From positions 1-64,000 of the forward strand of contig JAXLNO010005343.1 of NCBI GenBank assembly GCA_038087875.1: a stretch of DNA of 64,000 nt, given 5' to 3'. The notes under the pieces were generated by a model. That model was not told where the DNA came from. It saw nothing but the letters and a program-made list of their open reading frames with translations, and searched no databases. The DNA is from Malacoraja senta. Its lineage: Eukaryota. Both the position numbers and the translations under genes were made by a program. Shown piece by piece: positions 11,980 to 25,070 of the stretch. Within the stretch, counting starts at the first letter, position 1; every line of letters begins with the position of its first letter.

Positions 11980-12281
11980 ATCAAAAGTTTCTTTATGTAT
12001 GTTTTTGTTAGTTTGTGAAAAGTTTACGTGTGTCGTTTTCTCTCTCTCTCTCTCCTCCAAGGTTAGTTCTTCTGTTTACCTTAATTTGCTTCAGTTTTAT
12101 TCAGTGGTATTCATCACGCTGTAGCTTTTGAAAGATTGAATCGGGTATCGGACGATCGTTAAGGGTCCTGAACGTGGGTGAATGATGGACCGTACCTGCA
12201 CGCCGGGAATCGCTTGCTTGCGGTCCGGAGCCTTTAATGACTGTCCGAACGGTCCGATGCCCGTTTAAATCTTTCAAAAGC
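11980..12281. mobile_element. Fold-back/MITE-like element, left arm + centre + start of right arm (right arm continues at 17725-17884)
   Basis: 11980-12152 is the reverse complement (roughly 85-90% by eye) of 12253-12281 joined to 17725-17884. The L1 sits inside the right arm. Confidence 0.75.
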
Positions 12282-15200
12282 AGTTGCTTAATCTCTCCAA
12301 AGAACCGAATATTGAAGTGGCACACCATGTACCGAGATTTAAATCGGGATCTCAAGCTAGACAAGACCACCCACGGCAGATTATTGTGAAATTTCGAGAC
12401 ATTTCAGAACTGGAAGAGGTGATGAGTAAAATCAAATATGGAGTGCAACTGAGGCTTGATGACGACATTATCAAATTATTCAGGGACTATCCGTATGAAA
12501 TTGTGCAAAAGAGAAATCAATTCAGAAAGGCAAAATAACTTTTAAGGGGGATGCAAGATGTTAGATACGGTGCCTTTTATCCAGCTAAAATGCGCATCTC
12601 TTATAATGGACGTGAAAGATCATTTGTAAACCCGGAGGATGCGTACAAATATGCCCAGAGCATCGTTGAAAATTAGCGACATAGATGGTATGAACAAACT
12701 TTTTTATTGGAATTCCACAGTTAATGGAGGATCGGCAGCTCAGAACCATTTCATGTAGTGTTTTGTTTAGGATGGCGAGACTGGTTATCTGTGGAATTTT
12801 AACTCAAGGACATTCTGTGTTCCAAACGAAGTAAACAGCCGAACCGAAGAGAATGGACTATACCAGAAGCATTAATTGTTTAATAGATTATAATATTAAA
12901 TCCAATTGTAAGAATTTATCCTGTTAACAACTTAACAATTTAACAAGTTATCAATATTAAATTAGAATAGTAACGGACGCTAACAAAAAAAATAACGAAC
13001 TAATATAACTAACATCAATTTTTACTAAATTTAAACCTTATCTATAACTGGGAGGAGGGGATGAGAAACGAGCACCTGGCTCAGGTCCAGGAGCACGTTT
13101 CATTAACCCCTTCAAACCAACAGTTGATTATTATTGAAGGTAAAATCATTCGTTTAATAATTAGTAGATAAAATTGCGATATATATATGATATGTTATAA
13201 TGAAATATATAGGGTAAATTTGTATTATATATCTGATTGTGAGGCCCCGTCCTATTATGTTATGATTAACCAAGGGTGCGGAGTTATTTGTTTAACATCA
13301 ACAATAGAAGTCGAAACAAGGTTTTCTCCCACCTACAGGTGGGCCACTTGTTACAGTGTCGACCATTTTAGACATTGTATTTTCACTTTTTCAATTTTTT
13401 TTAAATTATTATTATTACCACATAAAGTCACATGTTTGTGTTTTGTGTTTAGTGATGAGCGTAAAAGGGATATGCCAACAAAACTTAGTAATGCAAAGGT
13501 TCCCCCAATACCCAAAGACCTGAGACATGGATGCACCGCAAGATTTAAAGGTATTATAATTATTCAAAATGCATGATGTTAAACAAATGAACCTAGGGGG
13601 AGTCTCATTCTGCAGTTCGAATATAAGAGGCATTAATGAACCTATTAAAAGGGGTAAGATATTAGCTCAGCTGAAACTGTACAATTCTGACATCATTTTC
13701 TTACAAGAAACTCATCTAAAATCCCAGGATCAAGCTAGGTTGAGGGCGAAATGGATAGGTCAAATATATTATTCTTTATATACTTCGAAATCTAGAGGTA
13801 CGTCAATCATTATTAGAAAAGGTATACCATTCAAAGCAAAGTATACCATAACAGACATTGAAGTTACCGGAGAAATTCATGATACACCAATTACCTTGGT
13901 AAATATATACGCGCCTAACTTTGACAATCCTCATTTTTTCAATAAAATTCTGAACATAATCGCAGAGTTTAATTATAAAAATGTTATAATAGGAGGAGAC
14001 TTTAACTGTGTTTTAGATCCGTATTTAGACAAATCAAGCCAAAAACAGAGAGGGAATACGAAATCTAAAACTAGTGAAGTTTTAAATACTTATATAAATA
14101 ATACCAATGTAACAGATGTTTGGAGAATTGCTAATCCGACTGGCAGGGAATACTCGTTTTATTCAATGGTACACAAAACATACTCACGTATAGATTATTT
14201 CCTGGTGGATACAAAATTAATCCCTCACACTGTGAACCCAGCATACCATACAAATTCGATTTCAGACCATTCACCACTAACTTTCTTTTTAAAACTGGAA
14301 GGAATGTCTAAGAATAAATCGTTTTGGAGATTCAATTCTCAAATCCTAAAAGCTCCGCAAGCGAGTATATATTTAAAAGAACAAATGGACGTATTTTTTG
14401 AAATAAATGACACTCCAGATATATCGCCTACTTTACTATGGGAATCTTTTAAAGCATTTATTAGAGGTGTTATAATCTCATACCAAGCTTTTCAAAATAA
14501 AAAGAATAAGAATGAACAGTTAGAAGAACTTATTAGACAAATGGATATAGATAATGCTAAAGATCCATCAATAGATAAACATAATAAAATAATAATTTTG
14601 AAATTTAAATTAAATAAACTATTATCAGCCAAACTTATAAGACTTTTACAAATTACAAAACAGGAACACTTTGAATTTGGGGATAAACCGCATAAACTTT
14701 TGGCTCGTCAGCCAAAAAAACGAGAAAAAGTACATACGATCCAAAAGATTAAATCAGATAGAGGGGAATTACTAACCATACCGAAGGATATTAATAAAAG
14801 ATTTGCGCAATTTTATGAGAATTTGTACACATCTAAAACAACAACGGACTCCAATAAAATTACAGAGTTCTTGGATAATTGTAATCTTCCAAAGTTAGAG
14901 TTGAAGGAACAAGAGGAATTGGGTGCACACGTTTCAATCAAGGAATTAGAAGACACAATAAATTCATTAAAGAATGGAAAAACTCCAGGTCCTGATGGAT
15001 ATACTAATGAATTTTATAAAACTTTTATGACAAAATTATACCACAGTTACAAAAAATGTATCAATATGCTTTTAAAAAACAAATATTACCTGATACATTA
15101 GCTGAATCAACGATCACACTAATACTTAAAAAAAAGAAATATATAAAAGAACCGGGTTCATATAGAGCTATAGCATTGTTAAATACAGATAAAAAATATT

Positions 15201-17724
15201 AGCGAAATTAGCTAGAAGATTAATTAAATATATTAGTAAATTAATAAACCCAGATCAGACGGGGTTTATCCCTAAGAGATATTCATCTAATAATATGAGA
15301 CGTCTACTCAATATAATGCACTCACACAAAATTGAAGAACAAGAATTATCAATTATTTCGCTGGACGCTGAAAAAGCATTTGACCAAGTAGAATGGAATT
15401 ATATGGATAAAGTATTACAAAAATTCCAACTGGGAGATAATTTTATATTATGGATTAAATTATTATATAATAAACCTACAACTAGAATACTAACTAATAA
15501 CATATTATCCTCGAAATTTCAACTATCAAGGGGAAACAGGCAAGGGTGCTCATTATCACCACAGTTGTTTGCTCTCATAATTGAACCATTAGCAGAAAAA
15601 ATTAGAACACATCCTGATATCCATGGGTATAATACTAAATACTCAAATAATAAAATATCTTTATACGTGGATGATATATTATTGTACATTACAAAACCTC
15701 AAATTACTATACCAAACATACTAAATCTAATTGAGGACTTTGGATTCTTTTCTGGATACAGAATAAATTGGAATAAAAGTGAAATTATGTCAATAAAACC
15801 GAAAGACTCAACACATCTTTTAAAATTCCCTTTTAAAATAGCTACAGAAAAATTTAAATACTTGGGTATTGAAATCACCAGAATATATCAAGGCATGTTC
15901 AAAGCAAATTATGATCCTCTACTTAATAAATTAAATACATTAATTAAATTTTGGAAAACGCTTCCGATGTCTTTAGTAGGCGGAATAAATGCAATAAAAA
16001 TGATCTTCTTACCACAAATTTTATACCTATTTCAATCGATTCCTATATACCTACCAAATAAGTTTTTTTTTAAATTGGACTCAGACATTATTAATTTTAT
16101 ATGGGATTATAAATCCCATAGAATACAAAGAACACACTTGAACAAAGCTAAAGTATTAGGGGGCTTAGCACTCCCTAACTTCATGTATTATTATTGGTCA
16201 GTAAATATTAAAAATATGATCCAACTGATGGACAACTCTGCCCAGCAAGTGGACTGGATTGTAATGGAGAGAGAGGACTGTTCCTCTGGTAATATTGGAG
16301 CGATCTTCCTCTCACCAATGAAACTGAATAACATAAATTATAACAACAACCCAATTATACATAGTACAATCAGAACTTGGAAACAAATAAAACAAAATTT
16401 AAAATTAAGAAATCTATCGCTTTTATCTCCAATAGTTAATAACCCTTCGTTTAATCCCTCTATTACAGACAAATCTTTTACACAATGGGATAGACTAGGA
16501 ATTAAAACGTTCGGTGACTTGTATGAAACTGGAAAATTACTATCATTCCAACAATTACAAATAAAATATAAACTGGGAAATAATCAATATTTTAAATAGT
16601 TTCAAATATGTGACAATTTGAAAAAATATACAAAAGATCATTATAATATCCCAGCAGATGTATTGGATGAAGCAATGCAGATAAAAGCTGAATCAGAAAA
16701 CGTAATATCATATTTGTATATTAGTATCTTAAATGTAGAAATACCATCTACAGAAGGTATTAGAAGAGACTGGGAACAAGAATTAGCTATTAAGATCTCA
16801 AAGGAAAGGTGGAATGAACATTTATTAAACGTGCATAAATGTTCCATTAATGTAAGACACACTTAATACAATTTAAAATTTTACATATATTATATTATTC
16901 AAAAACTAAAATTAATAAATGTTTCCCCAATGTATCATCCATTTGTGATAAATGTCAATCTCAAGAAGCTACCATAGCGCACTCATTTGTTTTTTGTACA
17001 AAAATTCAAAAATTTTGGATTGAAATTTTTGAAATCTTTACAAAGTTATTTAAAATAAAACTGATACCAAAAGCAGAATGGATTATCTTCGCAACAACGG
17101 AAGAAAGTCCTGAACTAAATGTGTTTCAAAAGAAATTAATAGATTACGGGTTAATAACTGGAAAAAAGTTAATCCTAAAATTCTGGAAAAACGCTCCAAT
17201 ACCAACTATAAACATGTGGATTTCAAACATGTTTGAAACATTAGACCTAGAAGAGATAAGACTCCTCCTGGCAGGTAAACCAGATCACTTCCACCTGACG
17301 TGGTCTGCATTTATAGAATTATTACAAGTATAGGGTGCAAAAGTACTTTAAAAAAACCTGAGGTCAGGTAAAGGGGGATGAAAGCTGGAGAGTTGGTATA
17401 TCCCATTTGCGTGATGCTTATAACAAAGTATTTGTTTTTTTCTTTTTTCCCCTTTCTTTTTTTTCTTCTTTAGGGTCTATCTCTTAATCCTTTCTTTTTA
17501 ATTTCTTTTCTACAGGGTCTCTGTTCTTTCTTGTTGTCACGTTTTTACACCTTCACTATTTTCCTTCACTTTCTCTTTTTTCTTAATCTCAACCTTTCCT
17601 TTTTATCAGTGTAAAAATGACGGAGTATATTAATTGTAATAAGATTTACGTGATGAGTACCAATGTAATTGGTTGTAATTTAATGTACTTCTAATAAACA
17701 CAAATTAAAAAATTAAAAAAAAAA
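12282..17724 (+). mobile_element. L1 retrotransposon, 5'-truncated in ORF1, with polyA and TSD
   Basis: ORF1 C-terminus (IEVAHHVPRF...RDYPYEIVQKR), a 0.9-kb spacer, fragmented ORF2, polyA, and TSD ctttcaaaagc (12271-12281 / 17725-17735). Confidence 0.97.
13569..17333 (+). pseudogene. L1 ORF2 (APE endonuclease + RT + C-terminal CxxC/HxxxxC), several frameshifts and stops; YADD changed to YVDD
   Basis: ORF track segments 13569-15101, 15295-16599, 16618-16866 and 17121-17333 align with the other L1 ORF2 copies. Confidence 0.95.
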
Positions 17725-18075
17725 CTTTCAAAAGCTGCAACGTGATAAATAACACTAAATAAAACTGAAGCAAATAAAGGCAAACAGAAGAACTAAACTT
17801 GGAGGAGAGAGACGGACAGATGGGGGGACAACATGTATAAACTTCTCACAAACTAACAAAAGCATACATAAATAAACTTTTGATAAACTAACAAAAATAA
17901 ACATATACATACTTAATTTGTTTAAATTCATATAACATCCCTAAATGATGGGTAAAAATTACTAAATAACGTGCGTGAATAAGGGGCTATACCTGCACAC
18001 CAGCTCGGCAGCCGGATGACCCTCCGATACCCGTTTAAATCTTTCCCATCCACCAATACATTCAAAGTTTACAAA

Positions 18076-18180
18076 TGGTCTGAAGAAGAGTCGAGACCCG
18101 AAACGTTGCCTATTCCTTCTCTACATAGATGCTGCCTCACCCGCTGTGTTCCTCCACCATACTTCGTCTGCCACCAAAGT
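18076..18180 (+). ncRNA. PLE terminal repeat with hammerhead motif (18076-18112)
   Basis: ggt-CTGAAGA-agagtcgagaccc-GAAAC-GTT-gcc followed by the standard tail. Confidence 0.55.
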
Positions 18181-18452
18181 TCAAATGGTAATTATACCCG
18201 CATCAGACTGTTTTAAGATATTCTCGCGTGAATTTTATTCAAAGAAACGCGTCAGCAATACTTGAAGGTCAAAACCAAAGATGGTCAAAACACAATTATA
18301 TTTACTGAGGAATGCATATCGACGTATTGATTGGTGACGCATCGAAATAACAGTGAGATATGACAGTTAACACGTCGTTTCTATCTCACAGTGAAGTGAT
18401 AAACGACCCCAATCGTTCTGCAGTACTCATTAAACCAGAGAGCCTTATAAAG

Positions 18453-18503
18453 ATGTACAATTCCAATGCGGCTTTGCTTTTGCTGCAACCTATTTTGTGT
18501 ATT
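18453..18503 (+). CDS. Exon 1, signal peptide MYNSNAALLLLQPILCI
   Basis: Hydrophobic leader followed by a gtatga donor. It needs one extra G (attG|gtatga) to be phase 1 and give I-V-A-V with the V exon. Confidence 0.55.
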
Positions 18504-18908
18504 GTATGAGGAATGGATGAGCGTTTATCTTTACCAAAGGATAATATTCAATTATTTTCAGAGTCTGAGCCAGCTGGCCATGCATGCGGCCGCGACTCCT
18601 CAGCTCGCGATCGGATTGAACTGATTGCAAAATACATGTTTCACAAAACATGGGGGGGATTGTCCCCATCTCTCAAAACATGGAGGGAACATGTTCCCCT
18701 GTGTCGTCGTCTCCCCTTTCCGCCCATGAAACCTGCTCAACCTCTCCCTATAACCTACACCCTCTAGTCATAGCAACATCCTCGTAAATTAGGGATGTAT
18801 TCCTCTACGTTTCAGTGTTTTGCAATGATTACCTTCTTCGTGAATCCAAGGTCCTGGCAAAATCCTCGTAAATCGGAGATATCTTCCTCTTCGTTTCAAT
18901 GTTTTGAA

Positions 18909-21216
18909 GAAAGGACCTCGATGGTAATGAGCCATTAGGAGGAGGTGACCATAACATGGTCAGCTTTAATCAACAATTGGAGAGGGAGAGGGGGAGATCG
19001 AAGGTGTCAGTGTTACAGTTGAATAAAGGGGACTATGGGGCCATGAAGGAGGAGCTGGCCAAAGTTGACTGGAAAGATACACTAGCAGGGATGACAGTGG
19101 AACAAAATGGCAGGTATTTCTACGAATAATACAGAAGGTGCAGGATCAGTTCATTCCTAGGAGGAAGAAAGATTCCAAGGGGAGTAAGGGGCGACCGTGG
19201 CTGATAAGGGACGTCAGGGACAGTATAAAAATAAAATAGAAGAAGTACATGGTAGCAAAGATGAGCGGGAAGAAAGAGCATTGGGTAATGTTTAAACAGC
19301 AACAGAATATAACTAAAAAGACAATACGGGGAGTAAAGATGAGGTACGAAGGTAAGCTAGACAAGAATATAAAGGAGGATAGTAAAACATTTTTTCGGTA
19401 TGTGAAGAGAAAAAAATTAGTTAAGACCAAAGTTGTACCCTTGAAGACCGAAAAAATTGAATTTATTATGGGGAACAAGGACATGGCAGATGAGTTGAAC
19501 AGGTACTTTGGATCCGTCTTCACTAAGGAGGTCACAAATAATCTTCCTGATATAGTAGTGGCCAGAGGATCTGGGGTGACGGAGGAAATGAAGGAAATCC
19601 ACTTTAGGCGGTAAATGGTGTTGGGTAGACTGATTGGACTGAAGGCTGATAAATCCCTAGGGCCTGGTGGTCAGCATCCCAGGATACGTAAGGAAGTGGC
19701 TCTAGAAATCGTGGATGCATTGGTGATAATTTTCCAATGTTCTATACTTTGGATCAGTTCCTGTGGATTGGAGGATAGCTAATATTATCCCACTTTTTAA
19801 GAAAGGCGGGAGAGAGAAAACATGGAATTATAGACCAGTTAGCCTGACATCGGTGGTGGGGAAGATGCTGGAGTCAATTATACAAGATGAAATAGCCGCA
19901 CATTTGGATAGCAGTAACAGGATAGGTCCGAGTCAGAATGGATTTACGAAGGGGAAATCAGGCTTGACTAATCTTCTGGATTTTTTTGAAGATGTAACTA
20001 GGAAAATGGACAAGGGAGAGCCAATGGATGTAGTGTACCTGGACTTTCAGAAAGCATTTGATAAGGTCCCACATTGGAGATTAGTGGGCAAAATTAGGGC
20101 ACATGGTTTTGGGGTAGAGTGCTGACATGGATAGAAAATTGGTTGGCAGACAGGAAACAAAGTGTAGGGATTATCGGGTCCCTTTCAGAATGGCAGGCAG
20201 TGACTAGTGTGGTACCGCAAGGCTCGGTGCTGGGACCGCAGCTATTTACATTATGCATCAATGATTTGGATGAAAGGATTCAAAGTAACATTAGCAAATT
20301 TGCAGATGATACAAAGCTGGGTGGCAGTGTGAACTGTGAGGAGGATGCCATGAGAATGCAGAGTGACCTGGACAGGTTGGGGGAGTGGGCAGATGCATGG
20401 CAGATGAAGTTTAATGTGGATAAATGTGAGGTTATCCACTTTGGTATCAAAAACAGGAAGGCAGATTACTATCTAAATGGCGCCAAGTTGGGAAAAGGGG
20501 AAGTACGACGGGATCTGGGGGTCCTTGTTCATCAGTCTATGGAAGTAAGCATGCAGGTACAGCAGGCAGCGAAGAAGGCGAATGGCATGTTGGCCTTTAT
20601 AACAAGAGGAGTCGAGTATAGGAGCGAAGAGGTCCTTCTGCAGTCGTACAGAACCCTAGTGAGACCACACCTGGAGTATTGTGTGCAGTTTTGGTCCCCT
20701 AATTTGAGGAAGGACATTCTTGCTATTGAGGGAGTGCAGCGTAGGTTTACTAGGTTAAATCCCGGATGGCGGGACTGTCATATGCTGAGAGAATGGATCG
20801 GCTGGGTTTGTACACTCGGGAGTTTAGGATGAGAGGGGATCTTATTGAAACATATACGATTGTTCAGGGGTTGGACACGCTAGAGGTAGGAAACATGTTG
20901 CAGATGTTGGGGGAGTCCAGAATCATGGGGCCACAGTCTAAGAATATGGGGTAAGCCATTTAGAACGGAGACGAGGAAACACTTTTTCTCACAGAGAGTT
21001 GTGAGTCTGTGGAATTCTCTGCCTCAGAGGGCAGGTTCTCTGGATGCTTTAAAGAGAGAGCTAGATAGTGCCCCTTAAAGATAGCGCAGTCAGGGGATAT
21101 GTGGAGATTGCAGGAACGGGGTACTGATTGGGGTTGTTCAGCCATGATCACATTGAACGGCGGTGCTGGCTCGAAGAGCCGAATGGCCTACTCCTGCACC
21201 TATTCTCTATTGTCTA
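18909..21216 (+). mobile_element. CR1 LINE, 5'-truncated ORF2 with frameshifts, (ctattgt)n tail
   Basis: YRPVSLTS, VYLDFQKAFDKVPH, QGSVLGP and FADDTKLGG motifs; possible 5-bp TSD ttgaa. Confidence 0.95.
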
Positions 21217-21969
21217 TTGAAATGATTACCTTCTTCGTGAATCCAAGGTCTGCTCAATCACATTCACCTAAATAGATCCGTTTTATAGCATTTATACCAT
21301 AGGAGGAACAATTAATTTTCCCAACATGCAGAGACTGAAATATTTTTCCATGTTAAGCAGCGATTTTTTTGTACTTCCTCCGGTTTGACATTAAAATTCG
21401 GTGTTCACAAATCGTTCCCCTCTGCATTGGAGAAAATAAACTAGATTGTTTGATGACTTTTCAGAGAGACCTTGAGCATCCGGTTGCGTCCCTCTCCCAC
21501 TGACTATTCTGTTTACCCATCCAAATCCAAATGAAACTGTTATAAGAACGCTCAATCATGTAAGCATATTGCAGACCTGTCCGACAAGTAATTGAGACAA
21601 TTTCCGTGTGTATCATAAATGCCAATTTCTCCCTCTCATCACAGTACCTCTCTTTTCATTCTATTTTGGAATGCCACAGCCTGCTGGATACGTCTCAGAG
21701 CTTCATTATTAGCAACATGCTTCATAGACAAAGACGCATAACTGATGCTAACCGCAACCTTAAAGACGGGTTTACTCAGAGTTGTTTCCCTTTGTTCTAT
21801 GTACTAGTCCTCCAACTTATCCGCCATCGATAGAAACACTATTTCCTAGTCCATGAAAGTTGTAGGACGTAAAACGTTATCTGGTTCCGTTTCCGCCGAA
21901 TCGGCCATGGCAAGAAGCAAATGCTGCTTTATTTATTTTTTTAAACACATTGTGCTAGAGTAAAGTGCA

Positions 21970-22080
21970 ACGTGCACATCTTCTAAACTCGTCAACTGCA
22001 TACGATGTTCCTCCTGTATGTCGGCAGGACCAGGCATAGAATCGAGGACCGTTTAGCAAATATCGCGGCACCCTTCTGAA
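21970..22080 (+). mobile_element. Degenerate PLE GIY-YIG remnant
   Basis: aaactcgtcaactgcatacgatgttc...ctgtatgtcggcaggaccaggcatagaatcgaggaccgtttagc resembles NLVYCIRC..LYVGETRxRxxDRF. Confidence 0.4.
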
Positions 22081-22445
22081 CTTCAAATGTCAAATGTTAC
22101 ATCAAAAGGGGACTTGTAGTGCAGTTTTAGCAACAACGAAGAAGCGACCGAGGCGCTTGTGTTTAAGGTTAAAATGATGGGGCATATTTGTGAATAGCGT
22201 ATTCGTAGACGAACACGTCGCAGTCACTGGATGATAATTACAACACATAGGAACATTTAATATGTAATGGATGGGAGAGAAGGAGAGGCACGTTTATTTC
22301 AAACATGACGGAAAGGCAAACACAATTACAATTACAACGTGCAGAAGAAATTTCGTCAGGTATACAGAAAGGAAAAATAGAGAGTGATACCGGACTCGCA
22401 AACAATTGGGTTTAGCGAAGACATGATTCACAGTTGTTGTAGCTG

Positions 22446-24478
22446 GGAAATCAGGGATAGTATCAAAGCAAAAGATGATGCGTACAAATTAGCCAGAAAA
22501 AGCAGCATACCAGAGGACTGGGAGAAATTCAGAGACCAGCAGAGGAGGACAAAGGGCTTAATTAGGAAAGGGAAAATAGATTATGAAAGGAAACTGGCAG
22601 GGAACATAAAAACTGACTGCAAAAGTTTTTATAGATATGTGAAGAGAAAGAGATTAGTTAAATCAAATGTAGGTCCCTTGCAGTCAGAAACAGGTGAATT
22701 GATCATGGGGAACAAGGATATGGCAGACCAATTGAATAACTACTTTGGTTCCGTCTTCACTAAGGAAGACATAAATAATCTGCCGGAAATAGCAGGGGGC
22801 CGCGGGTCAAAGGAGATGGAGGAACTGAGTGAAATCCAGGTTAGTCGGGAAGTGGTGTTGGGTAAATTGAATGGATTAAAGGCCGATAAATCACCAGGGC
22901 CAGATAGGCTGCATCCCAGAGTACTTAAGGAAGTAGCTCCAGAAATAGTGGATGCATTAGTGATAATTTTTCAAAACTCTTTAGATTCTGGAGTAGTTCC
23001 TGAGGATTGGAGGGTAGCAAACGTAACCCCACTTTTTAAGAAGGGAGGGAGAGAGAAAACGGGGAATTACAGACCAGTTAGTCTAACATCGGTAGTGGGG
23101 AAACTGCTAGAGTCAGTTATTAAAGATGGGATAGCAGCACATTTGGAAAGTGGTGAAATCATTGGACAAAGTCAGCATGGATTTACGAAAGGTAAATCGT
23201 GTCTGACGAATCTTATAGAATTTTTCGAGGATGTAACTAGTAGAGTGGATAGGGGAGAACCAGTGGATGTGTTGTATCTGGACTTTCAGAAGGCTTTCGA
23301 CAAGGTACCACATAAGAGATTAGGATACAAACTTAAATCACACGGTATTGGGGGTTCAGTATTGATGTGGATAGAGAACTGGCTGGCAAACAGGAAGCAA
23401 AGAGTAGGAGTAAACGGGTCCTTTTCACAATGGCAGGCAGTGACTAGTGGGGTACCACAAGGCTCAGTGCTGGGACCCCAGCTATTTGCAATTTATATTA
23501 ATGATCTGGACGAGGGAATTGAAAGCAACATCTCCAAGTTTGCGGATGACACTAAGCTGGGGGGCAGTGTTAGCTGTGAGGAGGATGCTAGGAGACTGCA
23601 AGGTGACTTGGATAGGCTGGGTGAGTGGGCAAATGTTTGGCAGATGCAGTATAATGTGGATAAATGTGAGGTTATCCACTTTGGTAGCAAAAACGGGAAG
23701 GCAGACTATTATCTAAATGGTGGCCGATTAGGAAATGGGGAGATGCAGCGAGACCTGGGTGTCATGGTACACCAGTCATTGAAAGTAGGCATGCAGGTGC
23801 AGCAGGCAGTGAAGAAAGCGAATGGTATGTTGGCCTTCATAGCAAGAGGATTTGAGTATAGGAGCAGTGAGGTTCTACTGCAGTTGTACAGGGTCTTGGT
23901 GAGACCACACCTGGAGTATTGCGTACAGTTTTGGTCTCCAAATCTGAGGAAGGACATTATAGCCATAGAGGGAGTGCAGAGAAGGTTCACCAGACTGATT
24001 CCTGGGATGTCAGGACTTTCATATGAAGAAAGACTGGATAGACTTGGCTTATACTCGCTAGAATTTAGGAGATTGAGAGGGGATCTTATAGAAACGTACA
24101 AGATTCTTATGGGGTTGGACAGGCTAGATGCAGGAAGATTGTTCCCGATGTTGGGGAAGTCCAGGACAAGGGGTCACAGCTTAAGGATAAGGGGAAAATC
24201 CTTTAAGACCGAGATGAGGAAAAACTTTTTCACACAGAGAGTGGTGAATCTCTGGAACTCTCTGCCACAGAGGGTAGTTGAGGCCAGTTCATTGGCTATA
24301 TTTAAGAGGGAATTAGATGTGGCCCTTGTGGCTAAAGGGATCAGGGGGTATGGAGAGAAGGCAGGTACGGGATACTGAGTTGGATGATCAGCCATGATCG
24401 TATTGAATGGCGGTGCAGGCTCGAAGGGCCGAATGGCCTACTCCTGCACCTAATTTCTATGTATCTATGTATCTATGT
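22446..24478 (+). mobile_element. Young CR1 LINE, 5'-truncated, RT reading frame open to its natural stop
   Basis: ORF 22384-24378 with intact FADD and C-terminus (GYGEKAGTGY*); (tatctatg)n tail. Confidence 0.97.
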
Positions 24479-25070
24479 ACACCAAGGCTTGTTGCACTGT
24501 TGTACGATTCTGCGATTCTCTGATAGGACGGTTCTATAACCAGCTACTGTATATATTTTCGGCATTTTCGTTTGTTTTGCTAATAGTTCCTTTAATTTTA
24601 CCACTAATGTGTCAAGAATAGGACATAGTACTTTGGAGAAGGGTTGGTAGTGTCCCAAGATGGATCTATCTTATATACTAAATACGTCTTGCGACGTTGG
24701 TGGCACAATCCAAACCATTAATGGCCGACAGAAATATTTAAAGCTTTCCTTTTCGCATTTACGTCATTTTCTATCTGGTTATTAGTATTTTCGGATGTCC
24801 GACTTCTTTCAGTTTCTACATATGTGGAAGACTTTTAATTTTCTGTTCTGATATAAAACTGCAGCTACTAGCATGAAGATCATTGGTAAACTCAGCAAAG
24901 ACAAGATTCGTCTGGACGGATGGCAAATATGTGTTTGCATCACGGAACATGACATTCACTACCGACAGGTTGTTTCCAGAATTTATCCCGAAGCTCATTT
25001 CTGAACAGCTGCAATTGGGTAATTTCGTATCGGACGTCATTTCCTTCAGCCCACGTCAAATCGCGTAACA

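Noticed and set aside
18386-18430. CACAGTG heptamers (also about 4042 and 6317) as recombination signal sequences
   Set aside because: No nonamer at 12 or 23 bp, and none flanks the V exon, which already has its J-like strand and a splice donor. There is no evidence of rearrangement.
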